A stretch of DNA of 59,000 nucleotides, the filler included. It is 5 parts of 5 records of this genome, joined end to end, with 100 filler letters (N's around TTAATTAATTAA, not from the genome) between each part and the next. Parts side by side here need not be neighbours in the genome. Positions count along the whole stretch, not along the records: positions 1 to 18,170 come from SRR31156797_12168; positions 18,271 to 36,024 come from SRR31156797_12179; 3 more parts are not named here. One strand, written 5' to 3'. Of the stretch, positions 10,796 to 20,583 are shown piece by piece (position 1 is the stretch's first letter; each line of letters begins with the position of its first letter). The position numbers and the translations under genes were made by a program. The notes beneath the pieces are model-generated. The model made no database searches. It saw only the letters and a list, made by a program, of their open reading frames with translations, and had not been told where the DNA came from.

Positions 10796-11651
10796 TCGCG
10801 AAACGCGGATCCTGGTGCAAGGCGTTACCGGCCAGGTGGGCGCCTTCCAAACCAGAGTCATGAAAGAATACGGCGCCAAAATCGCGGCCGGTGTAACGCC
10901 GGGCAAGGGCGGTCAAACCGTGGCCGATGTCCCGGTGTACGACTTGGTGTCTGAAGCCGCGGCTGACCACCAGTTGGATGCGGCCATAAGTTTTGTGCCG
11001 GCGCCTTTTGCCAGGGATGCAGCCCTTGAAATTTTGGATGCGGGTATTCCCTTTCTAGTGCTGACCACTGAAGGCATTCCTGAAAAAGATGTTTTAACTA
11101 TCCTGGATCGGGCCCGGACTATGGGCGCCAGGGTTCTGGGACCGGATACACCGGGCATGATTTCACCCGGTCGATCCAAATTGGGGGTTCATCCGAACGC
11201 CATGTTTCGCGAGGGACCGGTGGGCGTGGTTTCCAAGAGCGGCTCCCTTTCATATGAAGTCGGCAGGGTTTTGACGGCCAATAACATCGGCCAGTCTTCA
11301 GTAGTCGGCATCGGCGGGGGACCGCTATGGGGAACCACACAGGAAGAGGTCCTGGCCATGTTCGAAGAGGATCCGGACACCGAGGCCGTGGTTTTGTTGG
11401 GTGAGGTCGGCGGGACTCTTGAACATGACGCCGCCCGTTTCATAGCGGAGAACGTCACCAAACCAGTGGTCGCGCTGATTGTGGGCCGGACCGCTCCGGA
11501 AGGGGCCCAGATGGGTCATGCCGGAGCCATTATAGAAGGGCGGGAAGGAACCGCTGAAAGTAAAATCCAGGCCTTGCGAGAAGCCGGTGCGCTCATTGCC
11601 GCCAATTCCCTGGAAATACCGAAATTAATCAAGGAAAATATCGGAGGATAA
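10779..11651 (+). CDS. Acyl-CoA synthetase alpha subunit (SucD-like)
   Basis: [35 protein letters not shown] phospho-His motif. Confidence 0.9.
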   Translation: MAVLIDRETRILVQGVTGQVGAFQTRVMKEYGAKIAAGVTPGKGGQTVADVPVYDLVSEAAADHQLDAAISFVPAPFARDAALEILDAGIPFLVLTTEGIPEKDVLTILDRARTMGARVLGPDTPGMISPGRSKLGVHPNAMFREGPVGVVSKSGSLSYEVGRVLTANNIGQSSVVGIGGGPLWGTTQEEVLAMFEEDPDTEAVVLLGEVGGTLEHDAARFIAENVTKPVVALIVGRTAPEGAQMGHAGAIIEGREGTAESKIQALREAGALIAANSLEIPKLIKENIGG

Positions 11652-11656
11652 GGGCT

Positions 11657-11863
11657 ATGGCCGTTTATATAGATGAAAAATTGTGCAAGGGCTGCGGCCT
11701 TTGTCTGGACTATTGCCCGGCCGGGGTGCTGGCCATGTCAAGTCGACGTAATCAGAAAGGCTATTACCTGGCTGAGGTCGGTAATCCCGATGATTGTAAA
11801 ATCTGTCGCTCATGCGAGATCAATTGCCCGGATTTAGCCATTTTCGTGGAAGAAAGTCATTAG
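11657..11863 (+). CDS. 2[4Fe-4S] ferredoxin / oxidoreductase delta subunit
   Basis: [12 protein letters not shown] and [12 protein letters not shown]. Confidence 0.93.
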   Translation: MAVYIDEKLCKGCGLCLDYCPAGVLAMSSRRNQKGYYLAEVGNPDDCKICRSCEINCPDLAIFVEESH

Positions 11864-12250
11864 TGTCGTAATCGCTTTTTATAAAGTTATTCTCAATAGT
11901 TGATTGTTTCCGTCGGATTTAGCCTCGCCGACTCCTCATCCGCTCCTTTCGAGTCCTTATTCGAATTGAGCGGATTTCTTTTTCATGTAAAAACTACTGG
12001 TTCTGCTTGCGGGCAATGGTGACTATCCGGATTGCCCCCCAAATAAAATTGATTTTCCTTAAATATGTCAAAACCTGGATAAGATTTCTTGAAGCCCGGT
12101 CTTTGTGAACGTAACGTTTTGCACCCGGCAATACTCAAGCTAAAAAAAACTTGGAATATGGGCGCCGGCGATATATGTTGAAGAGCAAGTGGGCAGGCGC
12201 CGCAAACAACTGTGTTTTTCAAATAATAAGCGATAGTATGGTGTTGGAAT

Positions 12251-12952
12251 ATGCTGAAAAAGAAAATCAACGTTTCCCAAACAAAGAGTGAACTGGCCTA
12301 CCAGGCCATCAAGGACGCCATCATCTCCAATGAACTCCTTCCGGGGGAGGAGGTCTCGATGGGTTCTCTGGCAGACTATCTGGGGATCAGCCCAACTCCC
12401 GTGCGGGAGGCTGTGGCCAGGCTCCATTCTGACGGCCTGATAAAATATGAAGCCCATAAACGTTTAACCATATCTGAAATTACTGAAAATGATATCGCGG
12501 AAATTTATGCGGTTCGCCGTCTGATTGAACCTTATGTTGCTGAAAAGGCCGCATCGGTTCTGTCGGAATCCTCTGAAAAAATGGATTCTATTAAAGTGCT
12601 TCATGAAAAAGCCAAAAAATTGATCGATCAAAAGGATGACATTGATTACGATGATTATTTGGAAATAGATATAAAACTGGATCAATTCTTGTTGGAGCAG
12701 GTCGGACAAGGAGTTCTTTTCGAGGTGTTTCAATTTGTAAGCGAACGCTCCATGCGGGCCAGGACTTTTTCGGAAGCCGCCTCCGACCAGAAACCAACTT
12801 CGATGATGCGCAAAATCACCCTGGAGCATCTGGATATACTGGACGCACTACTATCCAGGGATCCTAAACTGGTGCGGGATAAGGTCCACGAGCACCTTGT
12901 GAAAGGCGAAGAGCGGACCAAGGAAGCTGTTCGGGGCAGGCTTAAAAATTGA
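12251..12952 (+). CDS. GntR/FCD transcriptional regulator
   Basis: LADYLGISPTPVREA wHTH; C-terminal EHLDILDAL..RD. Confidence 0.92.
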   Translation: MLKKKINVSQTKSELAYQAIKDAIISNELLPGEEVSMGSLADYLGISPTPVREAVARLHSDGLIKYEAHKRLTISEITENDIAEIYAVRRLIEPYVAEKAASVLSESSEKMDSIKVLHEKAKKLIDQKDDIDYDDYLEIDIKLDQFLLEQVGQGVLFEVFQFVSERSMRARTFSEAASDQKPTSMMRKITLEHLDILDALLSRDPKLVRDKVHEHLVKGEERTKEAVRGRLKN

Positions 12953-13431
12953 GCAGGCTTCCCAGCCTCAGCGATTCATTCATCATTTACAATAAAATAC
13001 TGTTCGTGCAAATTACTGAAAAACATTGCGTCGACAAATGCTTCCTCTTTTCATTTTCAGTCACACTTTTTCATAAAGAGCATAAACTGTGCTGGCAAGG
13101 TTTGTGGTGTTCATAGACTGAGTCTGAAAATAAATTCAATTCTATAAGCTAGTCTATCCAACCTTCTGCCGTCGGATGATTGTGCTGTTGTATTTCGCTT
13201 CACGCAAAAACTGATATCATTCTTTAAGCGCTCTTTTACTTCTTTCCTGCAAGAAACACTTATCGATTTTATGACCAGCCTTTAATAATTCAGGGATAAA
13301 GTCTCATAATACCGGTTATTTGTTGAAGATGTGAGATAATAAATTATAATTAGATAAAAATATTGTGATATAACTATTTTTAAAAACCATAAAAAAATAT
13401 TAGTTTCCTGAAGTTAAAACCGGGAGAAATA

Positions 13432-14469
13432 ATGAAAAAAACAAAAGTAGGGCTCTTGATGGGAGGAGTTTCGGAAGAGGGATACCTGTCATTAAGGTCG
13501 GCCGAGCAGATTTTTAACAATTACGACCGCAATAAATACTCTTTCAAGTGTATCGAATGGAAGCCGGACGGCGCCTGGGTGGAATACGCATACGATTCAT
13601 TCACGGACAAGTTGAAGTCTCATTCGTCAATGGTGGATGCTCTTGCCAAACTGGATGTTGATATTGTGTTTGTGGCTTTTCACGGCGACAAGGAAGGCAA
13701 CGGCAAGCTGGCGGGTTTCATGGAAATGATTGGCCTTCCATACACGGGCAACGGCTTTTTCACTTCTTTTGTGGGCATGAATAAATATACGAGCAAACTG
13801 GTTTTCATGGAGCTTGGCTTAAAAACGCCGGACTTTATCCGGATCATGGAAAGCGATAAGGAAACGCTCCCCGAAATGGGAAATCATATCATTAATAAAC
13901 TGGGGCTCCCGCTGGTGGCCAAGCCGGTTTCATCGGGTTCAAGCGTGGGAATAAAAATAATTAATAATGAGGACGAACTGGCAATGCTGCCGGGCTTGAT
14001 TGATAATTACGGCCCCATGCTCCTGGAGGAATATATAAAGGGCAGGGAGTTGAGCGTCGGAGTTTATGGCAGTTACAGGGGCGGCGATGTTAAAGCGCTG
14101 CCGGCGGCCGAAATAAAATACCCTGATGAAATATTCGACGAACAATGTAAATATGATGACACCTACGAGGTTATCGTGCCCGCGGATATTTCAAATGATA
14201 TTGAACAAAAGGTTTCCGCGACCGCGGTCATGATACATAAAAAAATGATGTTTGAAGGTCTTTCCAGAACGGATGTTATTGAAAGAGATGGGGAATTATA
14301 CGTTTTGGAGGTCAATACGCATCCAGGGCTGGGCGGTCACAGCATCTTCCCGGCCATGATGAAAGCAGCCGATGTCACTTATTCAAAGTTAATCGACGTT
14401 CTGGTGCATTGCGGGCTTGAGAGGCATGAGTGCCAGGAGTCATTAAGTAAATTAGAGGAAGATCATTAG
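13432..14469 (+). CDS. D-Ala-D-Ala ligase family ATP-grasp enzyme (divergent)
   Basis: LLMGGVSEE, PYTG, MNKY, KPVSSGSSVG, EEYIKGRE, LEVNTHPG. Confidence 0.85.
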   Translation: MKKTKVGLLMGGVSEEGYLSLRSAEQIFNNYDRNKYSFKCIEWKPDGAWVEYAYDSFTDKLKSHSSMVDALAKLDVDIVFVAFHGDKEGNGKLAGFMEMIGLPYTGNGFFTSFVGMNKYTSKLVFMELGLKTPDFIRIMESDKETLPEMGNHIINKLGLPLVAKPVSSGSSVGIKIINNEDELAMLPGLIDNYGPMLLEEYIKGRELSVGVYGSYRGGDVKALPAAEIKYPDEIFDEQCKYDDTYEVIVPADISNDIEQKVSATAVMIHKKMMFEGLSRTDVIERDGELYVLEVNTHPGLGGHSIFPAMMKAADVTYSKLIDVLVHCGLERHECQESLSKLEEDH

Positions 14470-14558
14470 CGGATTTTATAAGGTTAATTGATAGGTAAAG
14501 CCGACTTTAGAAAAGGTGCGGGCTCCCAAGGTGTTGGCGTGAAAGTGAGTGTGGTCGG

Positions 14559-16760
14559 GTGATAAAAGAAGGAGCTGCCGGCAGGATTATCCCCGCGGCC
14601 GCGGCGGGAATAATATCCGGAGTCAGATCCGTTATCGCGGTTGTATCTTTTGCCACACTCATATTTACAGGGCCCCTGGCGGAACATTTAGGCGCGGGCG
14701 TAGGTCTGGCTCTTTTAAGCGCCTTTGTTCTGGGCTTGTTGATGGCTCTTTTAAGTTCTTACAAAGGGGCCGTGGCCATACCTCAGGATATCACTTCCGC
14801 GATACTCGCCCTGGTTGCGGCTTCCATGGTAAAAGAATTGTCTCATTCGGTATCTTCCGAATCCATTTTTCATACAGTTCTAATCGTGCTTGCTCTTACT
14901 TCCGGTTTGACAGGGTGCGTTTTTTTTCTTCTTGGCACTTTTAATTTGGGCGGTTTTATCCGCTATATACCTTTTCCCGTGGTTGGCGGCGTGGTAGCCG
15001 GTTCCGGATTTCTTCTTATCCAGGGCGCGGTAAGGGTTATGACGGCCGGAAAAGCCGATCTAACGGACGTCGGCGCCCTGTTTATCCCGGCGACCATGCA
15101 GGCCTGGCTCCCCGGCGTTTTATTCGCCCTGGTTTTATTTGCCATAACCAGGAAAACCAGGCATTACCTGGTGCTGCCCGGAATGCTTTTCGGAGCAATC
15201 GCTTTTTTCTACGTGGTCATTTCTTTAACAGGGACGTCGATTGTTGAAGCAAGAAGCGCCGGCTTATTATTGGGCCCTTTTCCAAAGGACGCTCTGTGGA
15301 CGCCGGTGACCTTTAAAACATTTGCTTCAGCCGACATGCAGGCCATTTGGTCGGCTTTGCCCGATATCGGGACCATTATCCTGGTAAGCGTTGTCGCGCT
15401 TCTCTTATATGCTTCTGGAATGGAGCTTATAATCGCCCGGGATCTTGACCTTGACAGGGAGTTGCGGAGCGCCGGACTGGCCAACCTTGCCATTGCCGGT
15501 TTTGGAGGCATTGTCGGGTTTCATGCTTTAAGCCTTTCCGCCCTTTCTCATCGAATGAAGGCGGACAGCCGCTGGGTTGGAATTATTTCCGCGTCCATTT
15601 GCGGATTGACTCTTTATTGGGGCGTCGCCATAGTTTCGTTTTTTCCAATACCTGTTTTGGGCGGTCTTCTGTTATACCTGGGACTGGAGTTTATATATGA
15701 ATGGGTGATTGCGGCCCGAAAAAAGCTGGCCGGGAGTGAATATGCGATAATTATCATCATACTGGCCGTTGTCGCCGCGGTTGGATTTCTGGAAGGCATC
15801 ATTGTCGGCATTCTGGCAGGAATAATCCTGTTTGTTGTTAAATACAGCCGAATAGACGTGGTTAAATATGAAGTTGACGGCGCCTGCTGCCACAGCAACG
15901 TTGACCGGCCCGCCCAGCATCGCCGTTTGCTGCAGGATAAGGGAAGCCGGATACTTGTTTTGAAGCTTCAAGGATATCTTTTTTTCGGCACCGCCGATTC
16001 CCTCCTAAAGAAGCTTCGCCAAAAAATTATTGCTGAAGACAACGGGGCGCCCCGCTTTGTTCTTTTGGATTTCCGGCTTGTCTCCGGCCTGGATTCATCC
16101 GCCGTAATGAGTTTTATCCGGATTAATCAATTGGCGGCCGCCAACAACTTTTCAGTCGGTTTGGCAGGGGCGCCGGAAGATATTCTCCGGCAACTGCAAA
16201 CCAGCGGCTTCCCTGTTGAGGAAAATGGATCGGTTTTCTTTTTCAAAGACCTGGATCGCGGTCTGGAGCATTTCGAAAACAGCATTTTGATGATTGACGA
16301 CGCTTGCCGGGAATCCGAGTGCGAGACCTTGCTGGACAGGTTGAAACGGGAATTGGGTTTTGAATCGGAAGTCGATGAATTCATGCAATTCCTTGAAAAA
16401 TTGGAAGCGGAAGCCGGCCGGGTATTAATGCGGCAGCATGACGAATCGGACGATATGTTCTTTATTGAATCCGGCAGCGTCACGGCCAAGCTTAATCTTG
16501 GAGATGATAAATCTTTCAGGCTAAGAACCATGGGGCCGGGGACCGTGGTCGGCGAAATCGGTTTTTATCTTGGCGTCCCGAGAACCGCTTCTGTTGTCGC
16601 GGACGAGCAGGTGACTTATTATCGCCTGTCCAGAATGAAAATGAAGAACATGGAAAGCCAGGCGCCCCATATCGCCGCCGCTTTTCACGAGTTTATGGTC
16701 CGGTTGTTGGCTGAAAGGCTGGCGGATACAAACAAGCTTTTGCATTCGGTCCTGGATTAA
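14559..16760 (+). CDS. SulP/SLC26 anion transporter with STAS and cNMP-binding domains
   Basis: Multi-TM N-terminus (IRYIPFPVVGG), LQGYLFFGTA and LDFRLVSGLDSSA STAS motifs, C-terminal GEIGF..PRTASV. Confidence 0.92.
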   Translation: MIKEGAAGRIIPAAAAGIISGVRSVIAVVSFATLIFTGPLAEHLGAGVGLALLSAFVLGLLMALLSSYKGAVAIPQDITSAILALVAASMVKELSHSVSSESIFHTVLIVLALTSGLTGCVFFLLGTFNLGGFIRYIPFPVVGGVVAGSGFLLIQGAVRVMTAGKADLTDVGALFIPATMQAWLPGVLFALVLFAITRKTRHYLVLPGMLFGAIAFFYVVISLTGTSIVEARSAGLLLGPFPKDALWTPVTFKTFASADMQAIWSALPDIGTIILVSVVALLLYASGMELIIARDLDLDRELRSAGLANLAIAGFGGIVGFHALSLSALSHRMKADSRWVGIISASICGLTLYWGVAIVSFFPIPVLGGLLLYLGLEFIYEWVIAARKKLAGSEYAIIIIILAVVAAVGFLEGIIVGILAGIILFVVKYSRIDVVKYEVDGACCHSNVDRPAQHRRLLQDKGSRILVLKLQGYLFFGTADSLLKKLRQKIIAEDNGAPRFVLLDFRLVSGLDSSAVMSFIRINQLAAANNFSVGLAGAPEDILRQLQTSGFPVEENGSVFFFKDLDRGLEHFENSILMIDDACRESECETLLDRLKRELGFESEVDEFMQFLEKLEAEAGRVLMRQHDESDDMFFIESGSVTAKLNLGDDKSFRLRTMGPGTVVGEIGFYLGVPRTASVVADEQVTYYRLSRMKMKNMESQAPHIAAAFHEFMVRLLAERLADTNKLLHSVLD

Positions 16761-16820
16761 ACCCGACTTCGGCCTTAGTGGTTTTTATTAATGGATGGGG
16801 ATGACGGCCCGGTCAAAACT

Positions 16821-18035
16821 TTATTCATTACCGCCCGGACCATTCAACGATTGTTTCAACATGGCCATAAGGGATTTGGCTTCCCGGAATTCGGGAGATA
16901 GCGACAAGGCCTCTTCCAGGGCCGCGATGGCGCCGGCCGGATCCACGCCTTCAAACAGAGCGCGGGCTATATTGAACAGAAGATTTTCGTCATCCGGATG
17001 GTGCTGCCGGGCCTGGTTGTACAATTGAATGGCTTTTTCATATTTTTCCTGTTTTCTATAGGCGATGCCGAGCCTATTGTAAACATGCGCCAGGTTGGGA
17101 TCTATATCCAGAGCGTCGGTATAGTACTTTTCCGACTCTTCCAAATAACCCTTTTCAGCATAAGCATCGCCGATATCCGATCTCAACTCGGCATTTTCCT
17201 GGTCCAGTTCTATGGCTTTACTAAAAGCCTGCTCCGCTCCGGACAGTCTTTTCAACCTTAATTCAAACTCCCCGATAAAAAAGTTTAGTCTGGATTGCGA
17301 CTGGGGAGAGGCTTTTAGAAGCTGGGCTATGCCCAGTGCCTGTTTAAGGACGCCTATGGTCTGTTCATAATCATGGCGTTGTTCGTATATGTCGGCCAGG
17401 CTGATATAGGCTTCCATTGAATACTTGTTGATTTCCAAAACGCGCAGAAAAGTGCTTTCCGCTTCGTCAAATGATTCCAGTCTTAAATAGGCCCCGGCCA
17501 GCTTTATCCAGGCTTTTTCGTTATTTTCATATAGTTCTACCGATTTTTTATAGTTTTTTACCGCGTCCCGAATATTGCCTTCTTCGGCTTTTTTATCGGC
17601 CTCGTCCAGGTATTTATAGCTTTCTTCCTGATTGGGGTCGATAAACGGATCAAGCAGGTCCACAACCGATTTGGAAAAACCTTCATCGCTGACAGGCATG
17701 CCGACAATCCTGGCGGCGCCGGCTTTTTTTACCTGTTTTTCTATATCGCCTACCTTGAGATCTTCCTTGACCCCGAAGATAAGAACGGGTGTGTTTTTCG
17801 TTTCCTTATCCTGGCGAATCGCCGAAAGTAGTTGAGGTCCGGAAAATACATCGAAGCTAAGGGGCAAAACCACAAGTTTGGGTTTAGTTTTTTTTATCAG
17901 TTTTATAACTTTACGATCATCGCTTGTAGTATCGATTTTCCCAAAACCAAGCTTTGACAGCATTTCCTTGTATGTAGGTTGCGTCAATTCCGGCGCCGCA
18001 AGCAGAATTCGATAGTCTCTGAATACTCTTTTCAA
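16821..18035 (-). CDS. Receiver-like domain plus TPR-repeat protein
   Basis: N-terminal CheY-like pattern (LSAIRQDKETKNTPVL); many TPRs (AHVYNRLGIAYRKQEKYEKAI). Confidence 0.85.
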   Translation of the reverse strand: MKRVFRDYRILLAAPELTQPTYKEMLSKLGFGKIDTTSDDRKVIKLIKKTKPKLVVLPLSFDVFSGPQLLSAIRQDKETKNTPVLIFGVKEDLKVGDIEKQVKKAGAARIVGMPVSDEGFSKSVVDLLDPFIDPNQEESYKYLDEADKKAEEGNIRDAVKNYKKSVELYENNEKAWIKLAGAYLRLESFDEAESTFLRVLEINKYSMEAYISLADIYEQRHDYEQTIGVLKQALGIAQLLKASPQSQSRLNFFIGEFELRLKRLSGAEQAFSKAIELDQENAELRSDIGDAYAEKGYLEESEKYYTDALDIDPNLAHVYNRLGIAYRKQEKYEKAIQLYNQARQHHPDDENLLFNIARALFEGVDPAGAIAALEEALSLSPEFREAKSLMAMLKQSLNGPGGNE

Positions 18036-18170
18036 TAGTCCAATCCCCTTGAAAAAGCAGCTCTTAACAGCAGATCATATTCGGGCGCCGCTTGTTCATG
18101 CCTATTATGTATCACAGTTTTGGGCTACAGAGAAAAATAAAAGAACTGTCATTCAATAAACTTATTAGAA

Positions 18171-18270
18171 NNNNNNNNNNNNNNNNNNNNNNNNNNNNNN
18201 NNNNNNNNNNNNNNTTAATTAATTAANNNNNNNNNNNNNNNNNNNNNNNNNNNNNNNNNNNNNNNNNNNN
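18171..18270. other. Artificial contig spacer
   Basis: N-run with central TTAATTAATTAA; GC content shifts across it. Confidence 0.98.
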
Positions 18271-18381
18271 TCTTGATGGATTTATAGCTGTAATGGTATA
18301 TAGATTTCCAAATGAATATTTTACCATTGATGTGTTATTATTTGATCTCCAGTTCAAATTTAATTAATTATTTTCTCGTTA

Positions 18382-18999
18382 CTAATTGCTTACACTATAA
18401 TATTCTTGTAAATCTTTTTTTAGTGTTTTATAATTTAATATTTCGCAGCCTTCATGGTTATACTCATTTTCTAGTCCAGCATAATACACTTCGGCTTTCT
18501 CTTTATCAACCAAATAATATACTCTATTTTCTTCGTATATGAATCCCAATATTAAAGCCTTATATATTGCATATTTGCCTTTTTCATACACCTTAATAAA
18601 TGCTCTTTCAAATTTAGAATCAATTATTTTATTTCCCTCATAACTTAGAAATTCTACTTTTCCATATTTAAACTCATTTATTTTTATATATTCATTTGGA
18701 CAATAATCAAAGCCATTATTAATCCTCGCCCAATCTACATAACCCTCAAAACTAGTTGATACATGTTTTAACCTATTTGATGTATATAACGTGAAAAAAA
18801 TTTTTATATAATCTAGGTCTAGCATATCAACAACTATTAATTTATCAGCATCTTCCCAATCATTTAAGCTAGCATTCCATGCAACTTTTACTTCATCACA
18901 ACTTTTCTTATATACATAGCCAATCATTATATCTTTCGTCTTATTGTTACTTATCTTATCAAAGTTGTTTTTATGGACAACAACATCACCTATTCTCAT
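18382..18999 (-). CDS. Hypothetical protein
   Basis: 205-aa ORF with AAGGA RBS; no recognised motif. Confidence 0.65.
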   Translation of the reverse strand: MRIGDVVVHKNNFDKISNNKTKDIMIGYVYKKSCDEVKVAWNASLNDWEDADKLIVVDMLDLDYIKIFFTLYTSNRLKHVSTSFEGYVDWARINNGFDYCPNEYIKINEFKYGKVEFLSYEGNKIIDSKFERAFIKVYEKGKYAIYKALILGFIYEENRVYYLVDKEKAEVYYAGLENEYNHEGCEILNYKTLKKDLQEYYSVSN

Positions 19000-19213
19000 A
19001 ATCTTTTCCTTTCATATAGTAGTTTCTACAGTTTCGTAATCTGGAAATTTCATGACGCAATTCGTGACTATATATTGACGCAAATGTTTTATATCTATTT
19101 TTTTCTTCTTGATTCATACAACTCTCTCTATTACTTATATTTGTTAATGCAAAAATCTATAATTGTGAAATAGGCTATTATGTTTTTTATAGTTATTATA
19201 TGTTAAGATTACA

Positions 19214-19810
19214 TCATTCATATATCGACTCTAAGTCAACATGTCTTGATAATTTCGTAGTAATCTGCGAATAATAATCATCAATAATATCATAGCACTT
19301 TCTAACTTCAGAAGAATAAGTATCACTGCTCCCTCTTTCATTTCCATCGGTTCTTTCATACATGTTCCAAAGAAGCTCGTTGAAATTCTTTGCATAATTT
19401 TTGTAACTGTGAATTATGTAAAATATTTTATCATTCTCTAAGTCTAATCTCATCAAATAGAGTAAATCCGAGAGCTCATCAACCATCATAGAATAGTTAT
19501 TCACCTCTGCTCCAGAAATACTCTTAGCCATTAGTCCACTTGAAACATTTCTTACCTTGTATACCAATGATGCCAATTTTTTGTAATAACTTATCTTTAT
19601 GCGTAATTGTTCTTTTTGTAACTCACTCTTATTTAATAGCTTCACTCGCTCCCGTTCTTCATCTAATAAGTATTTGGATTTGTAGGAAACCAGATTTTTC
19701 TGATGCTTGTAGTTTTGTCTGTTCTCAAGTAGCACCTTAAGTACAGCTGAAAGAATCGTTGATAAAACTGTCGACCCTAACACTATTGTAATTATTTCAA
19801 CATTACTCAT
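19214..19810 (-). CDS. Hypothetical protein, N-terminal TM plus helical region
   Basis: GGAGG RBS; hydrophobic IITIVLGSTVLSTILSAVL. Confidence 0.7.
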   Translation of the reverse strand: MSNVEIITIVLGSTVLSTILSAVLKVLLENRQNYKHQKNLVSYKSKYLLDEERERVKLLNKSELQKEQLRIKISYYKKLASLVYKVRNVSSGLMAKSISGAEVNNYSMMVDELSDLLYLMRLDLENDKIFYIIHSYKNYAKNFNELLWNMYERTDGNERGSSDTYSSEVRKCYDIIDDYYSQITTKLSRHVDLESIYE

Positions 19811-19861
19811 AATGCCTCCTTATAAAACTATGCTTAAATATATGTTTAATACCTTTTTTAC

Positions 19862-20422
19862 TCACTTCTTTTTAGGTCCAAAACTATAATATACTCTTGA
19901 GTGACCTGCATGAGTATGGGGACCATTGACATCAAACCCCCCATCATTTAAATTCCACGAATATTCTCCATCAACTTTTACTAATCTTGATAAGACATCA
20001 AAACTTACTATGGAATAAGATGTATACCTTATCTCTACACTCTCATTACCTTTACGCACTCTATCTGCATACCCAAACTTAATGCTAGGATTTAATTCAG
20101 AAATTTCCTTAAGAATGCTCATAATTTCATTAGGAAAAGAGTGATATACGCAGCCGAAATGAACCAATATGTAAACAGGATTAAACTCGCCAATTACATT
20201 TTTTAATCTTCTTAACACCTTCTCAAAATCCATTTTATCTACTTTTCTTTCTGGCTCATCGTACTTTTGTCGGTTGCGCACTTTCTCTTGATTTTCTGCA
20301 TTCACTGGATAAAAATAATGAATATCAAAATCTTCTAATCTCCTACCTTGTCTAATAAAATCTCGTTTCATTTTTGATATTGAATCATCAACCGATTCGA
20401 ACATTAATATTCTTTTTTTCAT
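19862..20422 (-). CDS. Hypothetical protein
   Basis: Probable start MKKRILMFES after AGAGGA; no recognised family. Confidence 0.6.
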   Translation of the reverse strand: MKKRILMFESVDDSISKMKRDFIRQGRRLEDFDIHYFYPVNAENQEKVRNRQKYDEPERKVDKMDFEKVLRRLKNVIGEFNPVYILVHFGCVYHSFPNEIMSILKEISELNPSIKFGYADRVRKGNESVEIRYTSYSIVSFDVLSRLVKVDGEYSWNLNDGGFDVNGPHTHAGHSRVYYSFGPKKK

Positions 20423-20583
20423 ACCTATTCCTCTCTTAATGATTGTATCTTTTGCTATACGAATATCACTCTTATCGATTTTATTAGTAAAAAAATTAAT
20501 CACCTTCAATAGTTGTAGAAACAAAAATAATTGACTCCACGTTTTCTTAAGTGTCAAAATTCACTACATTTAGATATAGTATA

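Noticed and set aside
9638-11651. Housekeeping TCA sucCD
   Set aside because: Divergent substrate motifs and catabolic-operon context; gene symbols withheld.
11864-13431. Long intergenic gaps around gntR as IS remnants or sRNAs
   Set aside because: No terminal repeats, transposase motif or clear promoter-terminator unit that I can support.
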